DNA from: the human T2T-CHM13v2.0 reference genome, Homo sapiens
Direction: 5' to 3' (one strand)
Length of the DNA: 64,000 nucleotides
NCBI RefSeq assembly: GCF_009914755.1
Contig: NC_060934.1
Below are positions 1-13,192 of this stretch, one piece after another; position 1 is the first letter of the stretch, and each line of letters opens with the position of its first letter. The position numbers were made by a program, and so were the translations under genes. The notes beneath the pieces are model-generated. The model ran no database searches and was not told the origin of the DNA. It saw only the letters and a program-made list of their open reading frames with translations.

Positions 1-29
1 CTATTCTTTCAGCTGAAAACAGCATCTCT

Positions 30-790
30 AGGTTAATACTTCACAAATGCACATCATCAACTCAGACCTCTCCCTTGTGCTCCAGAATCACTGAGCCAAC
101 TGCATATATGACAGCTCCATTTGGATGTTTCACTGGCTTCTCAAACTTAAAAGTCCAGGACTGCACTGTTAACTTCCACACCATCACACACACACACACA
201 CACACACACGAAATCTGTTTCTCTTGTAGAGGTTTTCATCATTGTTCATAGATCTTTTCTGGATCTATTAGCCCATGCTAGAAACCTAGGAGTCAAACTT
301 GATAACTTCTTTCTCAATTCAGTGCTGTCAATTCCATTGTCAGGATAGGTCTTGAATTTACTGAGTTCTTTGTTTCACCACATCATTTCTGCAAGCTGCT
401 ATTATTTCTCCACTGTACTATTGTACTAGCAATCTTCTAAATGGGTACCCTATTTCTAGCCTCTGTTCAAATCATTTTTCATGAATCTGCCAGAGATCAT
501 TTTAGATCTAGTCTATGCTTCTCATTATAGAGTTCTGCATAATCTGACCCCTATTCACACCTCCTCCTTCATATCAGAACACATTTCCACCTGTCCATTA
601 TGTACCACCCACACTGACCATAAAAGACATCAAGTTATTTCCTGTCCTAGAGATTTTCACTCTTCCCCTTTTTCTCTGCTTGACTTCTATGCATTCTTCA
701 ATTCTTAGTTTAAATGTCACTCTTTCAGAAAGACCTTCTTTGACCACCCAGTGGAAACTTGGTCCTTTGTTATAACCTATCAGTACAATT
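30..790 (+). mobile_element. L2 LINE fragment(s), degraded 3' region
   Basis: Matches L2 motifs such as CTCAGACCTCTCCCTTGTGCTCCAGA...CCAACTGC...CTCCATTGGATGT...CTCAAACTTAA and TTAAATGTCACTCTTTCAGAAAGACCTTCTTTGACCACCC. Confidence 0.75.
185..209. repeat. (CA)n microsatellite
   Basis: About 12 CA units visible. Confidence 0.95.
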
Positions 791-1699
791 GACTTTTTAA
801 TTATAGAGGACAATGTAGGACTCAAAATCCACAAAGAGAGATGCCCAATTTTTTTTTAGATTTCCTTGTTTGAATGAAATCAAATTAATTTAGCCTCTAT
901 CCACTTTTACTTTCTCAGGCAAATAAGAACTTTTACTTCAGAAATTCTCAGGAAATCCTCAGCATTGAATTATACCAAATATTAAGGCAATTACACAGCA
1001 CAGGGAGTATTGGAAGCTTGTCTGATTGTTCACCCCCTGTGCACACAGCTTAGCGTTGAGATGCTCATTGCCCAAGCTCACGTGGTTAGTTCTTTCTAGT
1101 TCCAGAAACTGCTGCCTTGGTGCATGCTAGGGCCCACAGATCCCTGGGAGCACCTCCGTTGGTGCACTGCACAACCAGTTCCCTGAGAACCTCTCCTCTT
1201 CTCTCAGGAATCTCACCTCCCTACTAATTGCTTCTCAAAGCATTCTTCCTTTTCTCTCCCCATTCAGATAACCTACCTAGTCCCAAAGCTTTATCTGATC
1301 CTTGCTAGAGGAAGTCTTTTAGTTGGCCTCACCAAAATCCTCTTAAATTCATGGACACAAACCTTAGATTGGCTCTCAGTACTGCTTAGTGACTCTGCCA
1401 AGTTTCTTGACTAGGCTTGTTTTCCTGTTGTCCAAAGTAACCATTTCATACCTTCTATCTCTCCTAACCACCTCCTGCCTCTCACTTCTCTCCTCACCCT
1501 TAACAAATGCTCTCTTCAAAAATCATTTTTTAACAATGAGCCAGGTGCTCAAATGCCCTCAAATTCCCTATGCCAAATGTATAAATCCATTTGAACTCAT
1601 CTTCTTCAATCCTAAAAGCAAATGATCAAATTTCCTAATTCCTATTAAATACCAATTTCTTTACCTGTCCCCTGGATTATTTTACCTCTTTCTTAGGAA

Positions 1700-2115
1700 T
1701 TTTCTCCTACCTATTCTCTCTTGCATTGCCAGTCTCTCCTTCTCACCTGCATTATTTTCATCAATATACACACTTTATTGTTATTTTCTATTTTGAAGTT
1801 AAAAATAATTCTCCTTTATTTTTACTGAGATATACTATCTTTAGTTACTCACCTCCTGTTGACACTTTTTCTCCTATCATGTTGGTTTCTGCCGTCACCA
1901 TTTAAACAAAAATGCTCTTGTGAAGAGCACCAACAAACTTCATGTGGCTCCATTGTATTGACAGTGCTAACCCACATTTTCACTCAACTCCTCAGAATCA
2001 CTCAACATACTTCTTACTCCTCAAAACACCTGTGTTTTTTTAAATTGTATAATGTCTAGTTGCTTGTATAATACCTGGTATAATGCCTAGCTTGTATAAT
2101 ACCTAGTTTTCCTCA
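1700..2115 (+). mobile_element. L2 ORF2-region fragment
   Basis: TGCTCTTGTGAAGAGCACCAACAAACTTCATGTGGC resembles the L2 motif TGCTCTTGCCAAGGTCACCAATGACCTCCATGTTGC; pyrimidine-rich context. Confidence 0.55.
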
Positions 2116-5114
2116 AATCAGGTCTGGCCATGATGTTTTACCTTGGCCTGGTTCAAAATTTCCAGGTCTTGAGAAGCCAGGCATTACAGAACCCATTTTT
2201 TAGGAGCTAGTGTCTAGACCAAGTACTGGCTGGGCCAGGAAGGTTTTGATTTTTCTAGGGTTAGAAGAAAGAACACCAAGTAATCATAAAGCCAATCATT
2301 TTATTGCTTCAATTCATTTGACTCTTGGCTCATACTGAGATGACACAATTAATAATGGAGTTTTTAAATTAGCATTCTAGTGGCCAGTATTTATTTAACT
2401 CTGCCTCAAACCTCCTCTATTTGGAAAAGACTGATATCTCCAGCTTGAAGGTAGGGCCCATTTCTTAACAAGGAAATTTCATATTGAGATATATCTTCTT
2501 CTGTGTCCATTCTTCTCTAAAATGCCAGTAGTTGAATTAATTTACAGCCAGGAACAGCCGATAAATACTAAATTTAATTTATACTAGGGATGGCCAACTT
2601 TATTGCACACAATTTTTAATATCTTGTCACTTCACAGCCCCCAAGACTACTAGGCAAAAACACTTTGCAGAGCCTGAACTCTACAGTTATGTGTGGCTGT
2701 GTCCAGGTGATCTTGCTTCTGGAAATGTTGGTCCATTCAGCTGCACCTGCAATGGCAGTTCACTGTGGCATGCAGCAGATACATGTGTGAGTGTCTATGT
2801 TCAGCTGTGCTCTTGAGATTTCCTAAGTTACTCAGGAGGGAGCCCTAAGAAACAAACTATTTTGAAAAGTCATATTCTTCAGATGGGTCACTGTCAGTCA
2901 GGAAGGTCCAGGATACAGTAATCTGAGTCATTCAACAGCACCCCAGCATTCACTGGCCATGACTGTCCACTTAAAAATCTGTATGTGATCCCAAGAGTTC
3001 CAGTCTTCCACATCAAAATTACAACACCTACAACTTCTCCAGGGTGTTTTTCTTATAAGTTCTCCCAATCCCTTAAAAGCGATTAAGGAACAATTGCTCT
3101 GAAATTTATCTTCCACCTTTCCATCTCAAAATAACAAATTCCAATTGCATAGGAGTTTCTGGCTTTGGGTTTTCTACCTGCTAGACTTGGCAGAGAGGAA
3201 TGAATGAATTTGCTGCCTCCTGTTTTTTTTTAACTTTTTCTTTTTCAAGTGCTGGCATTCAGGTTCAGAGAAAGAACTGAGGCAGGACTGACCTAGCAAT
3301 TTCTATAGCCTGACATAGTCTCACTGAGGACTTCTACACCATGTGTTCTCATGTTGACTCAGTGAATAGTAGGCAAACATTGAATGATGGCTGTGGGCTC
3401 TGGAGATTGAAAGTGCAGGTTCAACCACAGTGTGAAAGAAGAAACTGGTAACAAACAGAAACGTGTGAAATTGTTCAGAGCGGCCAAAAAATCTCAGTGT
3501 TCAAGATTTAGTAAGTGAACAGGAAACCATTTCTTGGGCTTTGGAACTGAGGTATCAGAAACTTAGGAAGGAAAATAAATAATTTAAAGAGACAGGTTTT
3601 ACTTTATATAGAAGACCCATGAAAAAGAGAAAAGACCTTCCAACCCAGCAAATATACATGCTAGCCCTATATACAGCATAGGTGGGAAAAGTTAATCTTT
3701 TCCAGTCAATCTAGGCAGAAGGCTGGAATTGTGGGCTATACCTGCTTGAAAGAAGACTCTTAACAGAGGAGAATGAAAAGAGGACCCAGAGGGAGAAAGC
3801 ATTGTCATGAATATAACTGATAGGGCATTTTGGCTGCACTGGAGTAAAAAAATTACTCAGAGCTTCTAGAACATGATTGCTGAGGAAAGCCAAAAGCTGG
3901 GGAAATAATCACACGGCAGAGTTCACAATAGCTGTCACCAAAAACCTGGTTGGAACATCAGCAATTTATGATAAGACATGAAGACAGAAGATACTTTCTA
4001 TGCAGTTTAAGAAAGTTTTTTCTCTGCAGAGATATAATTTATTTGGTTGAGTTTTCATTTCTCTGGGAAAAATAAATTGCTTTTACATGAATGGAGGGCT
4101 CACCTGGGTTGGAGGGGCTCAAATTATGTTTAAAGTGGCACAGTGAATTCCAGGCATGCCACATAGCTGAGAGTTTATTATCTGGATGATGCTATCATCT
4201 GGTGCCCATTGTTTAACTCTCTGGGAAGTTTGTTTACATGAGAAGGCTGAATCTAACTTGAAAAGAGACCACTAACTTGAAAACCTGGACCACCCAATTC
4301 TCCCTCCCAAGTTGAAGGTAACAGAGCGGCGGGGACAAGTTTGGCAGAGATAACTGGATTTTTCTAATATTCATCTCTTTCTCTAAAGCGAGTAGCTTTA
4401 CCCTGAAGATGCCCACAGAGTTAGCTCTGAGACCCATTAAGTTAATAAAAGAAAGAAGAAAATGTAGGCAAGAACTGAACTCTAGAAGAAACTCAATGTT
4501 TTCTTCCACTGCTCTTTGTTCCAAGGACCACTGTGGGTAATCAGATTTCAGGATGCCTCATTGGTTATGTTTGTGGTTAGAATAAAGTGTTGATATGGTC
4601 TTATTTCTACAATGCAGAAAAGATAAAAATATTTGTCTTCAGTTCCTCCTGCCACTACCCCTTTGTAAATAATTTGAGAAAGCTACATATATGATTTTTG
4701 TAAACCTACACGAAAGGAAAACTTGAAGTTGTCATGATCGGATTTACATTTGGGAGGTATATCTGGGGCCATAGTATGAAGGGTAGATTGAATGGCAAGA
4801 AATAAGTGGCAAGAAAATCAATTAGCAGATAAGAGAGGTTGAAGCAGCTCTGAACCAGAAAATTCACTATCCTTTGTGGGTGCACATATTTTGAAGATTT
4901 GTTCTAAAGTTTCTCAGGCTCTAAAATTACCCCTATATTCACATATCAAATAAATGGAGCTATATGGATGTGGGCAAACAATCCATATTCACACTATTCA
5001 TATGCTTTTGCAGACTTTAATCACACACACACAAGCTGACCCATCTGACCCACCCCAGACTGTGGTTTGACTTTTCATGCCAGCCAAGCAACTTCATATC
5101 TCTGGTCCTTGTAG

Positions 5115-5180
5115 TCTCTCTCTCTGTCTCTCTCTCTCTCTCTCTCTCCCTGTCTCTCTCTGTCTCTCTCTCTCTCTCTC
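5115..5180. repeat. (CT)n microsatellite, interrupted
   Basis: Directly visible; explains ORFs 5017-5226 and 5077-5337. Confidence 0.95.
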
Positions 5181-5589
5181 TTCCCTTCTTCCCTTCTCTC
5201 CTCCAACCCCCACCAGCTTTTTCCACATTATCTGCTATCTTTTTTTAGATACGAAAAACAGTGGTGCACACAGAGCTGTGGGGAAAGGGCTGTCTGCTGG
5301 GGTATTAATGCCTTTTGTAATACTGCCCAGAGATTAGTTGATCTTAGGGCTAGTTAACTGTGTTCCTGAGTCTTTCTTGGTCATCTGTAACATAAGAAGA
5401 GGAGAACAACCCATTTATCTAATCTGTGTACACAAACCACATACATCTCTCCTTTAGAGGAAGATTCACCTTAGATTGGATTCATTCAGGAACTGATTGC
5501 ACACCCATCAGAGGTAGGAAGTTAAGAGCAACAAAAATAACAATTATACTCACAATATAGTATATTTCTGATGTACTTTACAAATGCAC

Positions 5590-5760
5590 ACCATGGTCAA
5601 ATAAATTATTCATTTGCCAAAACAAGCTTCTGTAGTAGCTTCGCGGATCCAGAAACTGGGGCTCAGAGTTGAGTTATCTGCCTAATGTGACACAGCTGAA
5701 GGTGGCAGAACTAGGATTCAGCCCAATGCCCCCTGGACCCAATTCCAGTTCTTTCCCAAC
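5590..5760 (-). mobile_element. MIR SINE
   Basis: GAAACTGGGGCTCAGAG...ATCTGCCTAATGTGACACAGCTG...GGCAGAACTAGGATTCA is the reverse complement of the MIR core. Confidence 0.75.
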
Positions 5761-6966
5761 TCCACCCTATATAAACGTGTATTAAGTCACCCAGGCTGCT
5801 TTATCACTTTGAAAGATGGAGGATCATTCACTTTGTCTCACCTCCTTAGTTTTTCTTTAATCATTTCGTTAGAAAGCAATATATTTTGAAAAAATTTCTA
5901 GTCTGTCAAAGCTAGTTACACTTCTCAGTATTCATACATTATGATTTTCCATAAAACTGAATAGTCTCTGTATTTAGTGTGTTCTTCCTTGCTGAGTCTG
6001 AGAGAAAAGGTGTCTGTCAATGTGTCAACATTGCTATAATTCTCTGAGGTCATGGCTATTTAAACTCTCACATCTATAAATTGCTTCACTGTCTCCAGGG
6101 ATTCTTTCGGTAAAAGAAAAAAAAATGCAACTTTAATTTTCATATCCAACATCCAAATTGAGAACAGGGTGGGTAATTTCCATCATCCAACTGCTGCTAC
6201 AAAATGAACCAGTTCACCAAAAATTTCTCATTCTGTGGCATTTTGTTTCCTGTAGAAAATATTTCAAAAACCACATTTGCCCAGAATCCTTTTCTAGAAA
6301 CAACTGCACCATCCTTCACATTGGATGCTCTAAGCCTGACCTTCTAGAAATAGAAGTTAGTCCACATTCCTTGCATCCTTTTAGTCTCCTGGCCAATCTC
6401 CAAACAAACAAAGCAGTTGGGAACACTGAAATTTCCTTCCTTTGTTCCTGCCTTGTTTGCTAGATTCTTAACTAAACCATTAGCCTTGTCTTGGGATTTG
6501 GATCCCACACTTACTCTTGATGTGAGCACATCTGGGCCTTGTCATATAGTGAGAAAAACAACTGTTCTTATTGCTCAAGCACATTATTAGATAACAACAC
6601 GGCATGAGCCAAGTCTGTTAATTAAAGAAAAGTCTGGGCTAGCCACGAAGGAAGAACAAACTTGTACAGTATTGTTCTTTCCAGCCTAGATGCAAAATCA
6701 TTTTTTCTTCCTCCATTTTCTTTTTGGAATACCTCTTAGAGATTCTTAAATCTGACATAGTTGGGCAGGTGTATTAAGAGGCTGAGAAAGGTAAGAATAT
6801 ATGAAATGTGAGTTGATGTCATGAGAACACTTAGCTTTCTATAGGTCTCTCAGATGCCCACATCAGAGATCCTGAGGAAGTCTTCATTCCCATGTCTCAA
6901 CAAAGTATGATAGATAAAACAAAATCAGCATTGTCTGCTCTATGTTTCAGGAAAAAACTCACCCTC

Positions 6967-7335
6967 TGTTATGGTTTGGCTGTGTCCCTACCCAAATCTC
7001 ATCTTGAGTTGTAGCTTCCATAATTCCCACATGTCATGGGAGGGACCAGGCGGGAGATAATTGAATCATGACATTAGGGGTGGGTCTTTCCCATGCTTTT
7101 CTCTTCATAGTGAATAAGTCTCACAAGGTCTGATGGTTTTATAAAGGGGAGCTCCTCTACACAAGCTCTCTTGCCTGCCACCCTGTAAGATGTGCCTTTC
7201 CTCCTCCTTTGCCTTCCATCATGATTGTGAGGCCCCCCCAGCCATCTGGAAATGTGAGTTCACTAAACCTCTTTCCTTTATAAATTACCCAGTCTCAGGT
7301 ATGTCCTTATTAGCAGCATGAGAATGACTAATATA
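6967..7335 (+). mobile_element. THE1B-like solo LTR (ERVL-MaLR)
   Basis: Full-length match from TGTTATGGTTTGGCTGTGTCCC to GACTAATATA; perfect 5-bp TSD CCCTC (6962-6966 / 7336-7340). Confidence 0.93.
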
Positions 7336-7865
7336 CCCTCCTAGTTCCTGATTTGACAAGGGATGTTTGGAGGTTTTAATAACTTAGACAAGATTCATAA
7401 GGTAGCATATATTTTTTAAAAAATCACAAAGGCCTATAGGAGATCTTATCAATTCAAATCTACTATGGATTTTTTATAACAATAAATATTCTACATATTT
7501 CTGGAGCACTTTGATTTGGACATCAGAAGAATATGTTGGGGAAATATGACCTGCAAAATCAAAGCCCACCCTGCGTTGGGGAAGTAATGACTCATCAACT
7601 ACAAAATCAAAACCCAGGCTTGGTTTGGACAAAAATACTCTTTGAAGTCTCCAGGCATGTCTTTTAGAAGAGCAGAGAGAATCCTGTTGTTGTAAAATCA
7701 ATGAAGACATTGCTGTCGAAGAGTATCAGGAATTCACCCATCAATAGTGTCTTATGCTTTTGCCATTGCTTATAGCGGGCTTGTTGCCCAGGTGCAGATT
7801 ACTCCTTGTGGGTGAGGGACGTCAGGAAGAAAAGAAGAAATAGGGCAAAGACTAAGGAAGACAGT

Positions 7866-8300
7866 GTATCACACAGGACAGGTTAAGTTATGCTGCGCTG
7901 ATTAAACATGCACACACACACACACACATACACACACACATACACACACGCACACACACAATCCCAATGGCTTAAAACAGTAAATGTCCATTTCTGACTC
8001 ACACTACATTGACCTTCCTGGATATAGGATTTTGGCTCTGTTTGTATTATCAACATCTGCATTCAGGGATACAGACTGAAGGCACAGCCACTGTTTATGA
8101 CAATGCATTTCACCATTACCATGAGAAAGGAGAACATGTTGTTGCATGCTCTAGCTATTAATGCTCCCATTGAGAGTGACAGGTGTCAGCCATGCTCACA
8201 GGTCATTAACCAAATAATAATCACATAATCACACCTAATGAGCAAGGAAGTACAATCCTAACTATGTACCCAGAAGGGAAGAGTTGAACACTTATTATTG
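7866..8300 (-). mobile_element. Old MLT1 (MLT1K/L-like) LTR containing a (CA)n tract
   Basis: CAGGACAGGTTAAGTTATGCTGC...AATGGCTTAAAACAGTAAATGTCCATTTCTGACTCACACTACAT resembles the reverse-complemented MLT1K/L end. Confidence 0.65.
7911..7960. repeat. (CA)n microsatellite, interrupted
   Basis: Directly visible. Confidence 0.95.
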
Positions 8301-8316
8301 TCCTAAAGATTACTGT

Positions 8317-8607
<291 letters not shown>

Positions 8608-11600
8608 TTATTGTTGTTAGAGAAGAAAAAGGCAGGGCCAATGATTAGCCCTGGGCCTGAGCTGAGAGAATTGTGCACTGCAGAGAAGCACATGACACAG
8701 GAACAGGCAGTTTCTACCTAGGCAGGATTCTTACATTTGTGGTAGGAAACCAGCAGATATGAGAAGCGATTTTCCCAAATTCCCACAGGTAGGAGGTGGC
8801 AGAATCAGGACTTCTGGTTTTCTGCATCCATGTCTGGTGCCTCTGCCATATTCTAAAGTGTTCCAATGAGCAATTGAAAGCTTGATCTCTACCCTCCAGG
8901 CACTTCCAATGAAGCTGGCTAAAAATAAAAAACAAAAACAAAAACAACAACAAAAAAAACTTGATATTGGACATACGAGAAATAACTGAAACTCCTCAAG
9001 CTAATATAACAGGCCTAAGAGGAGTTCAGTGAACAGGTGCATGGTGCAGCCAGGGATGGCCCTGGGAAACCTTCCTGAAGGAGGCAGGATCCACAACCAC
9101 CGTCAAGGGGTCAACAGGATTTGTTTCATGGAAAGAAAAGGCAGAAAATCGTAAAGATGAGCAGAACAGGAGGAAACAAGGCAAAAAGGAAGGAAAGAGT
9201 CACACGGAGCGTCTGTGAGAGCCCCAGAGACTAGGCGAGGCAGGATGGAGGCCGGCTGCTGGGATGCAAGCTGGATGGGCAAACAGAACATGGGAGCTGG
9301 GCTTTTTGCAGGAGGACATAGGAAGCCATGAGGCTCCTGAGCAGAGGCATAATGTGGTGAGGCTGGGGTTTAAGAAGGTGGCTTAACAGCACAGTGATTT
9401 AGAGGTGGGCAATAGAGAACTTAAAGGAAACCCCCATTCCCATAGGAGACTGTTACACTGATCTTGATAATAGGCAGGTTTGGAGTTGGCTATTTAGATG
9501 CCAAAATTCATCAATCCAACAGTATTTTTTAAGTCTTGGTTTTAGTTCATTGATACTGTTTGGGTGCTCATTCTTAGGATAGAAGGCCTGAGCTGTAATC
9601 CAGGAAAGGAGCCTCTCCTCAGCCTGCATGGTGAGGAGGAGTTACCTAATGAGTGCTCTTTAGCAGAAGGCTCAGCCAGCAGCAGCTACTCCGAAAAACT
9701 TTCATGTCAGGGAGATTAAAAAATCACTGTCCTTAGGATGCTGAGCTCACCATCTAGTAGGCCTGAGGGTAACCTCTCTAAGCTGACAAAACTGGACCTT
9801 TCTGGGCCTGTCATTATCTCGCTGAACCTGAAAATGAGCCTTGACCTGAACACCAGGCCCGAGCTCCTTGCCATTAACTCTACCAACTACCACAGCTTTG
9901 CTGGAGCCAAGAACTCGAACATGCATCCTTGGGAGAACTTAATTGCCTGCTTATTGCTATTGCTTTGATTAATGAGGGCAAACCTGCTCTCAGCAATGCC
10001 TCATAAAAGGAGTGAGCCGCCACATTTTAGAAAGCAAGAGCCAAGAACCCTGAACCACCTCCTGGCCAACCATCAACACGTTACCACCACACAGAGACGC
10101 GCATGCATGGGTACACATACGTGCCACAGGCACGTGTACACATGCACACACTGCCTTTGAGGATCCTATGCATGCTCGCCACTAGTACAAGCCTGTCTCC
10201 CTCCCTCCCTTCCTTCCCCAGGCTCTCCAGGCTACCCCTGCTCAGCTGATTGCCCTGACCTCAGGCTCCTACAGGTCCAGCCATGGAAACAGCTGGAGGT
10301 GACAGGGAAGTCAGGCGTTTTCAGCCAACGTGCAGTGGTGAAGCTGGGCTAGGACTCATTCTGATTCAATTTATACTCTGTTTCCTTCTGAGTTTATGGC
10401 ACTTTTACTTTCATGGCCCTGAAAAAGCATCTTTGTCAAAATACACATCATAGCATTATGCCTGCGGAGGAGGCACTTTACGATGCCCTCCTCTGTAAGG
10501 GCATAAACAGGAGGGCGTGACATAACTCCTATTTATCTGTTGGTGACTAGCTCCCACAGCAAGGCAGAAAAGAGCTTGCTGCTTCCATTAGGATGCTTTC
10601 TCTTCCTAAGGACTGTAATTAGCTAAATGCTCTTAAACTCCACCATAAAAACAGCTGGGTATATTTCTAGGTGATGGTTCAATGCTTTACTCATAGGGAT
10701 CTTTGCCTTTCCAGATGTTAATTGCAGCCTGGGAAAAATAGGAAAAAAAAAAGTAAATAACAAAACTGGAGACCCAGGCAGGAGGCAATTTGTAACAGAA
10801 CTATGTGCTAGGGCATGGAGGGGAGAGACAAGGAGAGCTGGTTCCTGACATGTGGCCAGCCCACCCAGGCAGGATGGACACTGGAGGAGGTCAGTTGGCT
10901 CCAAGCTGAGGCCAGATGGAAGAGATGAGGTCTATAATAAGGACTTGAGCAAATGAAAGGTTATAAGCCACCCCTCCCCATAAGCAAGTCAACGAATTTT
11001 ATTTTCAAAATGACATTAAATGTGTATAAAGGCTGAGCTAAAATAGCTTTTCTGTAGACATTTTAATTGCAAAATTATGGGTAAAATGATTGTGACTGAG
11101 CTGTTTCCTCTTTTCTGGCAGGGTTGGCACCCTCCTTTGCGCTTAGCATATGCTTGATCAATTTCCGGAGTACCCAGAATTAAGATAGACCCTGTGCGTA
11201 GTTGTCTTAGTAGTAAGCAGATTAACTGACTGGAGCCAGGAATGTCGTCATAAACATGGAGCCCCGTACCAGGGCATCTTGGCAGGGCAATGTTCCTAGC
11301 TGCAGGTAAGAAGCTGGTACACTATGATGAGGTCTCACCCACTGGAAAATATTTGGAGTACCCTTCAATGCCAGGGGCTCCAAGAATCACATTGGCTAAA
11401 TGATCAGACATGAACAAATAGGCTGAGACTGGAGTCAAACCTAAAAACTGGGCATATATAGAAGAGAAGACAGGGTGGACGCCCTAGAGGGAATAAGGTC
11501 CCAGGACTAATCAGTGACAAAGAAAAAGTAGAGTTTTCATGGAGGCCCTGTGTCTTGGGTCTTGGAGGGCAACTTTGCCAAGGCATCCCAACAGTCAGAA

Positions 11601-11849
11601 CTGAAGTGGCTTCAGACTTCTTGTCTCACTCAAGAATGCCCTGGGTGCTGAGGGTCACCAAGATGCAGAGAAGGAGGGGTGCTGTGGGAAAGGAAAGGTC
11701 TGTCCACCAAACAGTGAGGAGCCTGGGAAGCAAAGTGGGCTGGCACAGAGACCTGACTCTCACCCTAGCATGAACTCTTTCCCTTCATGCTACCCACAAA
11801 AGAACAATAAGGACAACCAGACAACCACCACCACCAAAATAGTAAGGTT

Positions 11850-12060
11850 TTCTACATGCCCAGCACTGTCCTAAGAGTTTATATAGATTAACTTTTTGTG
11901 CCTCCTTCTTAAAAAAAGGTGCTATACCATTTTAAGCATAAGGAAACTGAGACAGAGAGATAAGTAACTTCTCTTGCAGGTCGCACAGCTGGTGACACAG
12001 CTGAGATTTTAGCCCAGAAGCTCTGACTTTAGAGCCCAATTATCATGCTATACTGACTCT
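11850..12060 (-). mobile_element. MIR SINE
   Basis: AGGAAACTGAGACAGAGAGATAAGTAACTT...GGTCGCACAGCTGG...TCTGACTTTAGAGCCC. Confidence 0.8.
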
Positions 12061-13192
12061 GAAAACTGTTGAGAGAATAAAGGAATGAGTAAGCGAGAAT
12101 TCTTAGTGGATAATGAAGTCCTAGGTTGAGGAAGCTTGAGAACCTGGCATGGTTCAAGGAGACTCAGTCTCCTGGGACCCTCTTACTAGTGATGGGGATC
12201 AACTATAAGGCATCACAGAAAATAAGAAACTAAATGTGTTTTGTTGTATATTCTGTGTCAAGCTAGGGATCTATTTTCTCCAAGTCAAAGGCCAGGCCTG
12301 ATGGTGTTAGAACTGTGCTGTTTAGTGGACAAAGCATCAAGGTTTACATGGGTTCTGCAAATCTGGAATTTGGGTGGAACTGCCAAAGTCAGGAGCAGAA
12401 TCAAGGCCAGGGCCAACTAAAGAGAGAGACCCATTATGATAGAAAACTGAACCCAGGAACCAGGTAACCAGAGCCCTTCCATGCAGAACTTGAAGAGAGG
12501 GAAGTCTGGAAACAAGAGCATATCTGGAAGGTCCCAAAAAACTTCCCGAGATCTGCTTTGCTTGGAGCCTCTTTGCCTCCCCTGGTCATACAGAATTGGA
12601 AGAATGGGCCTGACAGCTATCCTGTGAGAAGGAAAACACACACTTCAGGGTCTTAGCCAGAGCCACACCCTCTCCCTTCAGGTTTCTTCACCTCTGCAGT
12701 CCCAGAGTGTGCTTCTTGAACTCTTGTGGCCTGAACCACGGGGGTCAACATGCACACTGTTGTTCTTTACAAGCCTAGACCATGCTTCAGCTTTTGGAGT
12801 TTTTCAAATGCCACCTCCTCTATAAACCACCTTTTGACCTCTTCCACCTGGATTTGTGCATCCTTTCTGCAATTTCCCACTGCCTGCAGCTGAGTCTCAA
12901 CGCTTGTCATCACAGCTCTCTGTGTACCCGACCCTTAGCCCTCACTCCCCTCAGAAGACACACCAGTCCCAGGCCCTCACTCACTTCATTTATGCCTCAG
13001 CTCAATGTCACCTGACCAGACAGGCCTTCCCTGACAAACCTTGAGAGGTTTGTCAAAAGAGGAGCTCCTCCCTCCCAGTCATTTTTTATCCCTCTACCAT
13101 GATTTATTTTCCTTTATGACACATATCAATACATACTATCATATTGCTCACTAATTGCCTTAGTGGCTGTCTTCATTTGCTGTATGAGGATC

